This document shows positions 30,895-40,045 of a DNA stretch of 64,000 nucleotides, piece after piece. The notes under the pieces were generated by a model. That model was not told the DNA's origin and did no database searches. It saw only the letters and a program-made list of their open reading frames with translations. Every line of letters starts with the position of its first letter. The stretch's first letter is position 1. A program made the position numbers and the translations under genes. Source of the stretch: Acidobacteriota bacterium (GTDB lineage Bacteria > Acidobacteriota > UBA6911). Location: assembly GCA_963664705.1 (NCBI GenBank), contig OY761556.1, positions 2,240,001-2,304,000 of the forward strand, given 5' to 3'.

Positions 30895-31502
30895 CTTCTG
30901 CCTCCGGCAGCTATACCTTTCGGTAAGGCATTTTTCTTTGGACTAGCGTCAGGCAGAATCATATCTACCAGCTTTTCAGCCTTTCCCCGAGTCAGGCTTG
31001 ACCGTCCGGTAAAGAAATATTCCAATATTTCGATCAGTACCATCCCCATCAGCGCGGTCGAGATGAGTTCAGAATCCTGTGAAGAGGAATCCCGATCATG
31101 CTCTCGTATCATCTTTGCAATGGTGAATCGTTCCCGCTGGCACTCCTGAAGGAAGTTGAAGCTCGGATACTCTCCCTCCGGGGAAAACATCATGCGGAAC
31201 AGCAGGCGAACGCTATTCGGATCCTCTTTGCTGTTGTTGAATTCGGAGTAGATATACCAGACCAGCTTGTCCCGCAGATTCCCGGGAAATTCCGATAAAG
31301 TCTGAAGATTTTTTTTGGTCCGGCTGAAGATATCGAGCATCAATTCCTGATACATATGCTCTTTGCTGTCAAAGTGATAATACAGGACCGGCTTAGTTAT
31401 CCCTGCAGCCTGACAGATCTCACGAATGGATGTCCCGGCATACCCCTTCCGGGCAAACAGCCCCTTAGCCGCATTCAGTATAGCGTCGCGTGCATTTTTC
31501 AT
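30891..31502 (-). CDS. TetR/AcrR family regulator
   Basis: ILNAAKGLFARKGYAGTSIREICQAAGITKPVLYYHFDSKE; start at ATG 31502 preferred over GTG 31511. Confidence 0.9.
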   Translation of the reverse strand: MKNARDAILNAAKGLFARKGYAGTSIREICQAAGITKPVLYYHFDSKEHMYQELMLDIFSRTKKNLQTLSEFPGNLRDKLVWYIYSEFNNSKEDPNSVRLLFRMMFSPEGEYPSFNFLQECQRERFTIAKMIREHDRDSSSQDSELISTALMGMVLIEILEYFFTGRSSLTRGKAEKLVDMILPDASPKKNALPKGIAAGGRR

Positions 31503-31513
31503 AGCGGACACTA

Positions 31514-31541
31514 ACTATACCGATCGGTAAAGATTTGTCAA
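31514..31541 (-). promoter_or_regulatory. sigma70 promoter with overlapping TetR-type operator
   Basis: TTGACA (31541-31536), 16-nt spacer, TATAGT (31519-31514); perfect palindrome TACCGATCGGTA at 31518-31529. Confidence 0.7.
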
Positions 31542-31610
31542 GGGCGATTGGAGTATTGAACATCATGGTCGCCCGTGAACATATTCCGGCGCCATGATAT
31601 GCTGGAACTC

Positions 31611-31949
31611 ATGGGATATTTTGAGGACATTCAGCGCGCGGTAAAAAAGATTCCGCACGGCAAGGTCGCAACCTATGGCAGCGTGGCCAGCGCCGCGGGA
31701 TATTCCGGAACTGCCCGCCAGGTATCCTGGGCCCTGCGTGCGCACAATGCGGTAAGGCTTCCCTGGCAGCGGGTTCTTGGTTCAGGCGGAAAGATTCTTC
31801 TACCGGGAGAGTCCGGTTTGCACCAGCGTACGCTGCTGGAACTCGAAGGAGTACATTTTCGAGGAAACCGCGTGGATATGAACCGCCACGAATTTCACTT
31901 CGGGCTTCCCAAACAATCCGACAAAAAGCGGGCCCGGCGCTCCCCGTAA
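31611..31949 (+). CDS. alkyltransferase-like (ATL/YbaZ, MGMT family) DNA-binding protein
   Basis: IPHGKVATYGSVA, ARQVSWAL, PWQRV (Trp in place of the catalytic Cys of PCHR), LELEGV. Confidence 0.85.
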   Translation: MGYFEDIQRAVKKIPHGKVATYGSVASAAGYSGTARQVSWALRAHNAVRLPWQRVLGSGGKILLPGESGLHQRTLLELEGVHFRGNRVDMNRHEFHFGLPKQSDKKRARRSP

Positions 31950-31971
31950 GCCGCCGGCAATTCGAGGCCGG

Positions 31972-32976
31972 TTATGGCGCTTCTGTCTTCAGCGTGCGCT
32001 CCATCAACTCACGAATGGCCTCTTGAGGGGAGATCATCCCTCCCAGTATTCGGTGCACCTGCTGCGTTATTGGCATCTCGACTCCATGCTTCCGGGCGAG
32101 AGCCACAGTAGCCCCTGTTGTCTTTACTCCTTCGGCCACCATCCGCATGGATCCGATGATCTCCGGAAGCGCACGGCCTTTGCCCAATTCTATCCCGACA
32201 CTGCGATTGCGGCTCAGATTGCCCGTGCAGGTCAGTACGAGGTCACCCATGCCGGCCAGCCCGGCGAGAGTTTCACCACGCGCCCCGCAGGCAATTGCCA
32301 GCCGTGCCATTTCCGCCAGGCCCCTTGTTATCAGTGCCGCCATCGGATTATGGCCCAGGCCAAGCCCCTCGATGACACCGGCGGCAATCGCAATGACATT
32401 CTTTACTGCGCCTCCGATTTCAACGCCGACCACATCGGTAGAGGTATATATCCTCAGGGCGCCGGAGGAAAATTCTTCCTGTACAATCTGGGCTAAGTCC
32501 TCATTATCCGAGGCCACAACCACAGCCGTTGGATCCCCGCGCACCACTTCCCGCGCAAAGCTCGGTCCCGAAAGAACCGTCAGACGCGGAGTGAAATGGG
32601 GTTCAGTGACATCCCGGATTACCTCGCTCATCCGCATCAAGCGGTCTACATCCAGGCCCTTCGTGGCGCTTACCAGAATCATCTCCGGCCGGAGGTGGGG
32701 AAGCATCTGTTCGTAGATGGACCGGCAGACATGCGAGGGTACTACATTTACCGCAAACTGTGCCCCATCGAGCGCCTCGGCAATAAGATTGGTAGCAAGG
32801 ATGCGGTCGGAGAGAATGATGCCGGGCAAAAACAGCCGGTTTTCGCGATGAGCCTGGATGCTCTCCGCAACCGATTTTTCATAGGCCCAGAGCTTGACGG
32901 AATGCCCGGCTCCCGCCAGGGAAATGGCCAGGGCCGTTCCCCAACTTCCTGCACCTATAACGGAAATGGATGACAT
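31972..32976 (-). CDS. gpsA: NAD(P)H-dependent glycerol-3-phosphate dehydrogenase
   Basis: GAGSWGTA, ATKG, LSGPSFA, GAVKNVIAIAAG, GMGDLVLTC..SRNR. Confidence 0.95.
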   Translation of the reverse strand: MSSISVIGAGSWGTALAISLAGAGHSVKLWAYEKSVAESIQAHRENRLFLPGIILSDRILATNLIAEALDGAQFAVNVVPSHVCRSIYEQMLPHLRPEMILVSATKGLDVDRLMRMSEVIRDVTEPHFTPRLTVLSGPSFAREVVRGDPTAVVVASDNEDLAQIVQEEFSSGALRIYTSTDVVGVEIGGAVKNVIAIAAGVIEGLGLGHNPMAALITRGLAEMARLAIACGARGETLAGLAGMGDLVLTCTGNLSRNRSVGIELGKGRALPEIIGSMRMVAEGVKTTGATVALARKHGVEMPITQQVHRILGGMISPQEAIRELMERTLKTEAP

Positions 32977-33003
32977 ATAGAAGGCACTAAATCAGAAAAA
33001 AAC

Positions 33004-33206
33004 AGGAGCCTGCAGGAGCGATCAGTTAGTAGCCGGGGGTAAAGTGTAGCGAAGCTCCCGATTGGATATTAGACTAATAACAAGTCCCGTGGGGGCAGCA
33101 GAACACCAATCTTTCTCCTAAACTTCGGGGCTCTTTCTCTCGCTCATCTCTACCGGGGGTTTGCTGCGCTTCACCCCCGGCTACTCGCTTTCGGCCCTCC
33201 GGGCCT
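33004..33206. repeat. REP/REPIN-like nested inverted-repeat element (about 200 bp)
   Basis: AGTAGCCGGGGGTAAAGTGTAGCGAAGCTCCCG (33028-33060) pairs imperfectly with CGGGGGTTTGCTGCGCTTCACCCCCGGCTACT (33154-33185); short GC palindromes at ends and middle. Confidence 0.65.
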
Positions 33207-33298
33207 GTTGCTTTACTCGCGTCGCAGGACATAGAACAAATAAAGCAAGTGCTTCGGCGACGCTCCAGTGAACACCCTGCAATTCCCCAAAACCGTTG

Positions 33299-35011
33299 CT
33301 ACTTCTGCTCCGGAGGGAATACGCTTATTTCCACGCGTCGGTTGAGCGCCTGGTTATTCGGATCGTTCGGATCCGCCGGAGATTCCCACCCTTTGCCCTG
33401 AATACTGAATTTGTTCGGATCGAATTTGAATTTTTCGACCAGCGCCCGCTTGATAGCTTCGGCGCGCGCCTGGCTCAATTCACGCACAGCCTGGATTGGG
33501 ACACGTCCCTTCATGCTGGAATCCGTATGCCCTTCAATCAGAATCACTGCGCGGGCGAACTGTCCCGACAGCCTCGCAACCTGTTCGAGGGTTGCATCCA
33601 CGTTCGGATCATACAATTTCCCGGAAACTACGCTCCCATATTCATCCCTGGCCGGCTCATAGGGATTGGCCGAGTTGGGATAAAAATTGATCCGGATAGT
33701 CTGGGTAAGAATCGGAGATTCAGCCGGCATCTTCCGGAAGTTCGAGGGTGTAAACGCCGCAATGCTCTCATCCTTCTGATGAGCAAAGGTTCCCTTCTGC
33801 TGCAGCTTCTGAACAAAGGTAAAGTCCATGACCTGGTCGAACGGAATAGGCGCATTGATACGGCCAAGTTCACGGTAGATATAGCTCGCATTTTTCCATG
33901 TACGTTCGAAGTTGGTCGGATTGGATGAATTCAGAAAGAACTGAACATTCTCGGCAAAGTTGGTCGGGTGCGCGTCATTGCGCATGGACATCACTTCTTC
34001 CTGCTTCATGCCGAAAGCATCGGCCATCCATTTGGCGGCCTGGTCAGGGTTCTGCTTTACAAAATCCATCCCATCAAAGATCCCTGCAACCAAACCATCC
34101 ACAATCTCCGGATGATCTCTCGAGAAGTCCGCGCGCACGGCATAGACATCCGCAATCAACTTGTTTGCATCGCTGGTACTCGACAACACTTTCGTTCCGG
34201 CCACGCGTTCCGGAATTTTATAGATATCCGGCGCCCACGACACACAGGCATCCACTTTCTTATCCGCAACGAAGGCGGCCGCGGCTTCAAATGCCGTAGC
34301 CGTGTATTTCACCTTGATATCCGATGGCCGGAGGCCTGCGGACAGAAGCAGCGATGTCAGGTAGTATTCGCTGGGAGAATTCTGCGCCAGGGCCACTGTT
34401 TTGTTGCGGAGATCCGCGACAGACTTGATCGAATTTCGGACTACAATGCCGTCACCGCCGCTGGACCAGTCAATCTGCTGCGCAATTCTTGGGGATGTGC
34501 GCGAATCCTTGATCAGTTCCGGAGCCAGCAAGACCATCATATCGGCTGTGCCCCAGAGCGTGTGGACCTGGCCTGCCGCAAATGCATCTCGGGCAGCCAC
34601 CGGATCATCCATCAACACCATCTCGACCCGGAAGCCATACTTCTTGGCAAATACGCTGTCCGCATTCGGTTTGGTGCCATGATTGGCAGCAATCACCGGA
34701 AGCCATCCGGCCCAGACGTTATAGCTGAACTTCAGGATTTTCTCTTTTTCATCCCAACGATACTGGCTGACGCCCTTTACTGCGGGCAGTCTGTCGGCCG
34801 GCACATACTTATATTCTTTGACGGTTGTAACGCCGGCGGTATCCGGAGCTTCCGTTTCCACGGTTTGGGCATCCTTGTCACCACCCGAGAGGATCTTGCC
34901 ACCCGGGCTTCGCTTCATGACAATAAAGATGCCGAATCCGATCAGACCGAGTATCAAAACAATAGAAATCAGTTTTCCCAACGGCGTGAGTCTAGCAGGC
35001 TGATCAGCCAT
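33299..35011 (-). CDS. membrane-anchored ABC substrate-binding protein (NMT1/SsuA-like) fused to OmpA-like peptidoglycan-binding domain
   Basis: N-terminal TM helix; WAGW, DWSSGGDGIVV, DACVSWAPD; C-terminal IEGHTDS, LSQARAEAIK, NRRVEI. Confidence 0.85.
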   Translation of the reverse strand: MADQPARLTPLGKLISIVLILGLIGFGIFIVMKRSPGGKILSGGDKDAQTVETEAPDTAGVTTVKEYKYVPADRLPAVKGVSQYRWDEKEKILKFSYNVWAGWLPVIAANHGTKPNADSVFAKKYGFRVEMVLMDDPVAARDAFAAGQVHTLWGTADMMVLLAPELIKDSRTSPRIAQQIDWSSGGDGIVVRNSIKSVADLRNKTVALAQNSPSEYYLTSLLLSAGLRPSDIKVKYTATAFEAAAAFVADKKVDACVSWAPDIYKIPERVAGTKVLSSTSDANKLIADVYAVRADFSRDHPEIVDGLVAGIFDGMDFVKQNPDQAAKWMADAFGMKQEEVMSMRNDAHPTNFAENVQFFLNSSNPTNFERTWKNASYIYRELGRINAPIPFDQVMDFTFVQKLQQKGTFAHQKDESIAAFTPSNFRKMPAESPILTQTIRINFYPNSANPYEPARDEYGSVVSGKLYDPNVDATLEQVARLSGQFARAVILIEGHTDSSMKGRVPIQAVRELSQARAEAIKRALVEKFKFDPNKFSIQGKGWESPADPNDPNNQALNRRVEISVFPPEQK

Positions 35012-35026
35012 ATATCCCCCATTTCA

Positions 35027-35061
35027 AATGACGAATGACGAATGACGAATGACGAATGAAC
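35027..35061. repeat. 7-bp tandem repeat (AATGACG)x4 + 1 imperfect
   Basis: Direct reading; lies within an operon just upstream of the RBS of the SBP-OmpA gene. Confidence 0.9.
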
Positions 35062-35086
35062 GGCATTAACCTCTACTCGTAATTCG

Positions 35087-35824
35087 TTATTGCTTTGGTC
35101 CGATTTCCTTTGAAGCAGCGGGTGTATCCGTCGAAGCGGGAGCCTGGATTCCCTGGCTTGCCAGGAAATCCGCGAGCGCTGCCTGTTCCAAAGCCTTGCG
35201 CTCGTTCTCCTTTTCAACGACAGCATCCATGTTTACCATATCCTTGGCAACGCGGGCTTTGCCGGCGGACTTCTCATAGCGCTTTGCCAGGATGTCTTCG
35301 ACCGTCTTCATGGTATCGCCCAAGTCGCCGACTTTGAATGCCGCGCTGCCGAGGGCGGCGGCCGCTTCCGCTTGTGCTTCCTTGATCTGAACCTGCGAAA
35401 GCTGTTTCTCCAGCTTCTGCACTTTTTCTTCAAATTCCTTTTGCGCCACTTTGGCCTGGCGCAGATTTCCCTGATAGGCTTCCTCGGTTTCCGCCAGTTC
35501 CTGAGTATCGATGGCGAGGTCGGCCTTCAGCTCCTGCAGCTCCCTGGCCAGGCTGCCCGCAAGATCCATATTTCCGGCATGATGGTTGGCAATGATGCGT
35601 CGTTCGAGATCCTGGGCTCGAATGGTTTTGGCCTTGACCTGGGTTTTCAGCCGTTCCGCAATCCCGGCCATGCGGGCGAGCGCAGTATTGTATTGCACCA
35701 TTTTATCCCGGAATTCCTGGCGCGCGGCCTCCATGAGCGCTTCGGGATTCCGCTCTTCAATGCCGCTGACGAAAAGTCCCAAAAGACCTCGAAAAAGCCT
35801 TCCCAAACGAGCAAATACCGCCAT
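35087..35824 (-). CDS. PspA/IM30 (ESCRT-III superfamily) protein
   Basis: Amphipathic N-terminus MAVFARLGRLFRG, E.RNPEALME (EDP-like), long coiled coil, LAGSLARE, AGKARVA. Confidence 0.8.
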   Translation of the reverse strand: MAVFARLGRLFRGLLGLFVSGIEERNPEALMEAARQEFRDKMVQYNTALARMAGIAERLKTQVKAKTIRAQDLERRIIANHHAGNMDLAGSLARELQELKADLAIDTQELAETEEAYQGNLRQAKVAQKEFEEKVQKLEKQLSQVQIKEAQAEAAAALGSAAFKVGDLGDTMKTVEDILAKRYEKSAGKARVAKDMVNMDAVVEKENERKALEQAALADFLASQGIQAPASTDTPAASKEIGPKQ

Positions 35825-35930
35825 ATCCCACCCCTTTCCGGGATCAACCCCAATAATACGAATTACAGTATGGTTTTGTTCTCACAGTCCCACCGGCACG
35901 CCGTGGACAGACGGCGCTTCCGGCCATCCT

Positions 35931-36575
35931 TCATTCCTCTTCATCCGTCGTAACAACCGGATGATCCACTATATAGCCGGCTGAGGATGCCATGACGCGC
36001 TCCTGCGATCGCTTCATCCGCTTCCACTCACGCCATTTCCTGCTGTCCGCATCCAGGCTTGTCTCGATCTGGGTTTTCTCCTGGCGGAGACTGGCGATCT
36101 GGGCATCGATTTCGGCCATCCGCTTGCCGCAGGCCTGATTCCTGGCCTGCATTTTGTCAGCCACGCGAGCCTCGAAAGCATCCAGAGCCTGATCCCGGGC
36201 GATGGCGTCCCGAATCAGCGCTTCGGTCGACACTCCTTTGGCCTGCAGGCGATCCAGCACCGCCTTTTGAATGTCTTCTCGCGATTTCGCTTTTTCAGAC
36301 TCCTCGGCAACCATCAATCCCAGTTTTTCGATTGTCCAGTCGTCCGGTTTCCCGGATATACCCGCGGCGGTATAGATCTCTTCCAATGGAATCGAAAGCT
36401 CCGATGGAGTATCGGCCAGGGCCTGAATGTCGCCCGATCGGATTTCGCCGGCCAACTCACGAAGTTTTACCGTTCTGGTCTGAATTCGCCTGGCTGGAGT
36501 GGATTCGGAAGATGCCACCGATTCCAGAATTCCCAGTTTATCGCCAATTCCCTGCAATAGCTTGATAAAGGACAT
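35931..36575 (-). CDS. hypothetical alpha-helical/coiled-coil protein
   Basis: 214-aa ORF abutting the AAA gene; amphipathic N-terminus, DAIARDQALDAFE, C-terminal coiled coil. Confidence 0.75.
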   Translation of the reverse strand: MSFIKLLQGIGDKLGILESVASSESTPARRIQTRTVKLRELAGEIRSGDIQALADTPSELSIPLEEIYTAAGISGKPDDWTIEKLGLMVAEESEKAKSREDIQKAVLDRLQAKGVSTEALIRDAIARDQALDAFEARVADKMQARNQACGKRMAEIDAQIASLRQEKTQIETSLDADSRKWREWKRMKRSQERVMASSAGYIVDHPVVTTDEEE

Positions 36576-38297
36576 CTATACAAATCTCCGCAGATCTTCG
36601 ATTCTTTTATCCAGTTCTTCCGGTGATATGGTGCGAAATCGCTCCGGAAGGAACCGGGCATCCGTGCATTCCTTGACGGCCACCAGATCCATATACTCCA
36701 GCTTGAGCTTGTGCGCGCTCGGACGAATTTCCGTCAATACATCCTTTAGTATTTCCAGAAACGGCTTCGGTGCCGATGCCAGCGCCTGCACTCGCAGAGC
36801 CCGCACCAGAATGCCCTCGATTTCGTTTCCGCCCAGTTCAAGGCCCTGCGGAATCGGAGGAATATCCGATGCGGTCAATTCCACTTTCAGTTTTCGCGCG
36901 ATAGAGAGGAACAGGCTGTTGATTTCATCCTGTGTTTCCGGTGGAAACAACGGGATGTGCACATCCAGTCGTCCCTGCCGTTTCAGATCTACCTCCAGCA
37001 GGTCAGGGCGCGACGTCGCAAACACCCAGATGATCCGTCCCCGGTTGCGCGTGTCGGACATTTCCTTGGCCAGCATTGCATAGACGCGGCCGGAGAGACC
37101 TCCATCCCCATCCCGTCCTTCACGTTTCCCGGCAGCTTGATCCGCTTCATCGACAAACACGACCACCTGCCCCAGGGCGTGCAGAATCGAAAATATCTTC
37201 TCCAGGTTCGATTCCGTAGCCCCGACCCATCGGTCACGAAAATTCTTGAATATGACGCAGGGGATCCCCAATTCTCCCGCCCAGCACTGAATCAGGAATG
37301 TCTTACCGGTCCCGATTCGTCCGGTGATCAGATAGCCCATCGGCAACGCGGAAAAGGCTCCGCGCTTCATCAGCGTAGCATCTTCTCTGAGCCAATTCTT
37401 GACCGCATCCGCGCCCGACAGGTTTTCCAGACCGAATGGAGATTCAAGAAACTCCAGCAAGCCCTGGCATTCCTTTTCAATGCGTTCCTTCTTCATTCGG
37501 GTCAGCCAGGCTTGGGTGATGGATTGGCCGTTTCTGAGCGCCCTTGCGAGAACTGTATGAGCACCGACACGGCTGAGCCCTGTCATACGGCGGCCAAGGA
37601 CTGGCAGCGGCAACTCGGATTTTGAGGCCAGTTCCGGCAGGACGCCCGATCCCAGCGCCTGGACATAATCCGCCATCTCCTGTTCTCCGGGCAGCGGAAT
37701 ATTCAGAGCGGCAGCATGCGGATTTTCCACGGCAAGGCTATTCAGATCGTGCAATCCCTCCGCAATCAGAACCGTCACGATATCGGAGCGAAGGATTGCC
37801 GGATCATTCGCCCACCCCAATACCTTCACGACATTGGAACTGAACGCGCCGCCCAGTTGCAGCGCATCGCCCCGCGGGATCACGAACTCGGCGAAATCAA
37901 TAATGACGGCTATTTTGCGCGGAGTATATTCATTCCCCCTCAAGGATTGCAGATTCAGACTGCGGAGGAGATAGCGATCAATCAGCTCCATCGCCGCTCC
38001 AGGCTCGCGAAGCTGTATCATGCTCGAAGCCTGATCGCCCAGCGCCATGCGAAGCCAGTCACCCCAATCTTCCGCCCCTCGCGTCGCCCGGATTCCCTTG
38101 CCGCGATCGTAGTGCAGAATGACCTCATACTTTTCGAACATGACGTCGTCGAGAAAAGTGCCGAGCGGCAACAGCCTGGGCTCCGGAATTCCAGGAGTTG
38201 GGATTACATCGAAAACATTCCCATGCAAAAGGAACTGGGATACAGATCCGGATTTGAACAGGTCCCGCATCTCCTCAGCCCATGCCGGCAATTCCAT
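36576..38297 (-). CDS. classical-clade AAA+ ATPase with degenerate N-terminal AAA-like domain
   Basis: Walker A GRIGTGKT, Walker B VVFVDEAD, pore loop WVG, SRH ATSRPDLLEVDLKRQGRLD. Confidence 0.9.
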   Translation of the reverse strand: MELPAWAEEMRDLFKSGSVSQFLLHGNVFDVIPTPGIPEPRLLPLGTFLDDVMFEKYEVILHYDRGKGIRATRGAEDWGDWLRMALGDQASSMIQLREPGAAMELIDRYLLRSLNLQSLRGNEYTPRKIAVIIDFAEFVIPRGDALQLGGAFSSNVVKVLGWANDPAILRSDIVTVLIAEGLHDLNSLAVENPHAAALNIPLPGEQEMADYVQALGSGVLPELASKSELPLPVLGRRMTGLSRVGAHTVLARALRNGQSITQAWLTRMKKERIEKECQGLLEFLESPFGLENLSGADAVKNWLREDATLMKRGAFSALPMGYLITGRIGTGKTFLIQCWAGELGIPCVIFKNFRDRWVGATESNLEKIFSILHALGQVVVFVDEADQAAGKREGRDGDGGLSGRVYAMLAKEMSDTRNRGRIIWVFATSRPDLLEVDLKRQGRLDVHIPLFPPETQDEINSLFLSIARKLKVELTASDIPPIPQGLELGGNEIEGILVRALRVQALASAPKPFLEILKDVLTEIRPSAHKLKLEYMDLVAVKECTDARFLPERFRTISPEELDKRIEDLRRFV

Positions 38298-38349
38298 GAA
38301 TAGCTCCTCATCTCCCGATGATTGCGGTTGCTTCCTGAATGGTGTCTCG

Positions 38350-39195
38350 TTACTCGTCGATCGTCAACTTCACCGCGGGCGGTTCGGACATCAAGTCCTC
38401 AACGGCGCCATAAATCTTTTGCTGATCGGTTACCCACTGGGATGTGCTGCCCAGAGTGGTGGTGATCTGATCCACCCGCTGCGAAATGGTCACCGGATCA
38501 GCTGTCAGCACAGCCTGCTCCCTGACAAGCTCAATCTGCTCCTGGATGCGCGTGAGTTCTGCATCGAGGAAATCCAGCTTCTCCTTAGCCTCCCGGCGGC
38601 GCACCAGGCGCTGTTCCAGGATTTCGACCTGTCCGGAATAGCTTTTTCGCAGGTCTTCGGTCAGCTGCTCACTCAACTTGCCTTTCAGCTGAGTAATCCG
38701 CTCCTCCAGATCCTGGGCTGCGTCCAGGGATCCTTGCCCCAGGAGCATTCGATTGATGGCCTGGCGTGTCGACAGCAGCCGCAAATAGAGCCACAGCAGC
38801 CGCCCTAACCCCTCATTCTGAGCCTGCAGCGCCTGGGTTGGAGCCGTTTGCAGCTGCAGTTGTTGATCCAGCAGTGAACGGCAGCGCCCCTCCAGCTTCC
38901 GGTACCGCTGCTGGTCTTCGCTATTCAGCTGCTGCACGAGGAGATCCACTTTCGATTGCCATTGCTTACGCGTCGACACCTGCTGCGACGCCCCGACGAA
39001 CCGTTGAAACCGCTCGTTGTTTCCGAGCACCCAGAGGTAGCCCAATTCCAATCCCAGCCCGACAAGCCAGAACCCGGGATTGAGAATCCCCAGCATGCCG
39101 AATACGCCAAGACCGATCCAGTTGGGCGGAATAAACATGCCGATGGGTCGGGCGTTGAAGGCTTTGCGAATATAGTCCCAGGGGCTGGGATTCAC
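38350..39195 (-). CDS. hypothetical membrane protein (2 TM + long coiled coil)
   Basis: NWIGLGVFGMLGILNPGFWLVGLGLELGYLWVL followed by Q/E/L/R-rich heptads. Confidence 0.78.
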   Translation of the reverse strand: MNPSPWDYIRKAFNARPIGMFIPPNWIGLGVFGMLGILNPGFWLVGLGLELGYLWVLGNNERFQRFVGASQQVSTRKQWQSKVDLLVQQLNSEDQQRYRKLEGRCRSLLDQQLQLQTAPTQALQAQNEGLGRLLWLYLRLLSTRQAINRMLLGQGSLDAAQDLEERITQLKGKLSEQLTEDLRKSYSGQVEILEQRLVRRREAKEKLDFLDAELTRIQEQIELVREQAVLTADPVTISQRVDQITTTLGSTSQWVTDQQKIYGAVEDLMSEPPAVKLTIDE

Positions 39196-39226
39196 GGTAC
39201 ACTCCTTTTATTTCTTTCGACCGGGA

Positions 39227-40045
39227 TCAAGGCGCGGTTGCCTGCTCCGAAACGCGTCGAAAAGCCTCAGTAACGACATAGACAGCATTTTTAAACTCAG
39301 ACCGCTCCTGTGCAACCAGGGGTGGAACTCCAATCGTATTCGGAATGGTATCGCTGATATCATAGGCGATTTGCCCCGGAGCATGGGTAAAAATCCAAAC
39401 GCGCTCCCCCAGGTAAACCGCTTCGGTAACATTGTGGGTCACACAGAGGATGGTGGGTTTGATGCGATGCCAGAGCTGCACGATCAGTTCCTGCATTTCC
39501 ATGCGAGTGGGTTCATCCAGCGCTGAAAAGGGCTCATCCATCAGCAGGATCTGAGGTTCCATTACCAGCGATCGGGCAATCGCGACGCGCTGCTGTTGTC
39601 CGCCCGATAGCTGATGCGGGTATTTTTTCATGTGCTGCACCAACTCCACCTGCTCCAGAATAGCCTCCGCGCGTTTTCGCCGCGCCTCACGACTTCCCTC
39701 TTCCCCATTGATTTCCAGACCGAACATCACATTCTCCAATACCGTCAGATGGGGAAATGAGCTGTACTGCTGAAATATCATCCCGCGGTCGCGGCCGGGA
39801 TCCGTCACCGGTTTGCCTTTAACCAGCACTTCACCCTCGGTAGGTTTCAGGAATCCTGTAACAAGATTCAGGAGCGTGCTTTTCCCGCAGCCTGATGGGC
39901 CGATGATTGTGATGAACTCGCCGTGCCCGGGGGTGTCCATGACGCGAAAGGAGATGTCGGTAATGGCGGTAAATGTGCCAAACCGAACACTCACATTGCG
40001 AAACTCAACGATCGGCGCTGCCTGTGAAGCATTGGTGTTGTTCAA
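39227..40045 (-). CDS. ABC transporter ATP-binding protein (NitT/TauT family)
   Basis: GPSGCGKST, LSGGQQQR, LLMDEPFSALD, VTH; TTG start overlapping the permease stop. Confidence 0.93.
   Translation of the reverse strand: MNNTNASQAAPIVEFRNVSVRFGTFTAITDISFRVMDTPGHGEFITIIGPSGCGKSTLLNLVTGFLKPTEGEVLVKGKPVTDPGRDRGMIFQQYSSFPHLTVLENVMFGLEINGEEGSREARRKRAEAILEQVELVQHMKKYPHQLSGGQQQRVAIARSLVMEPQILLMDEPFSALDEPTRMEMQELIVQLWHRIKPTILCVTHNVTEAVYLGERVWIFTHAPGQIAYDISDTIPNTIGVPPLVAQERSEFKNAVYVVTEAFRRVSEQATAP

Noticed and set aside
35027-35061. CRISPR array
   Set aside because: 7-bp units with no spacers and no cas genes; the repeats at 47.6 and 49.1 kb also lack spacers.
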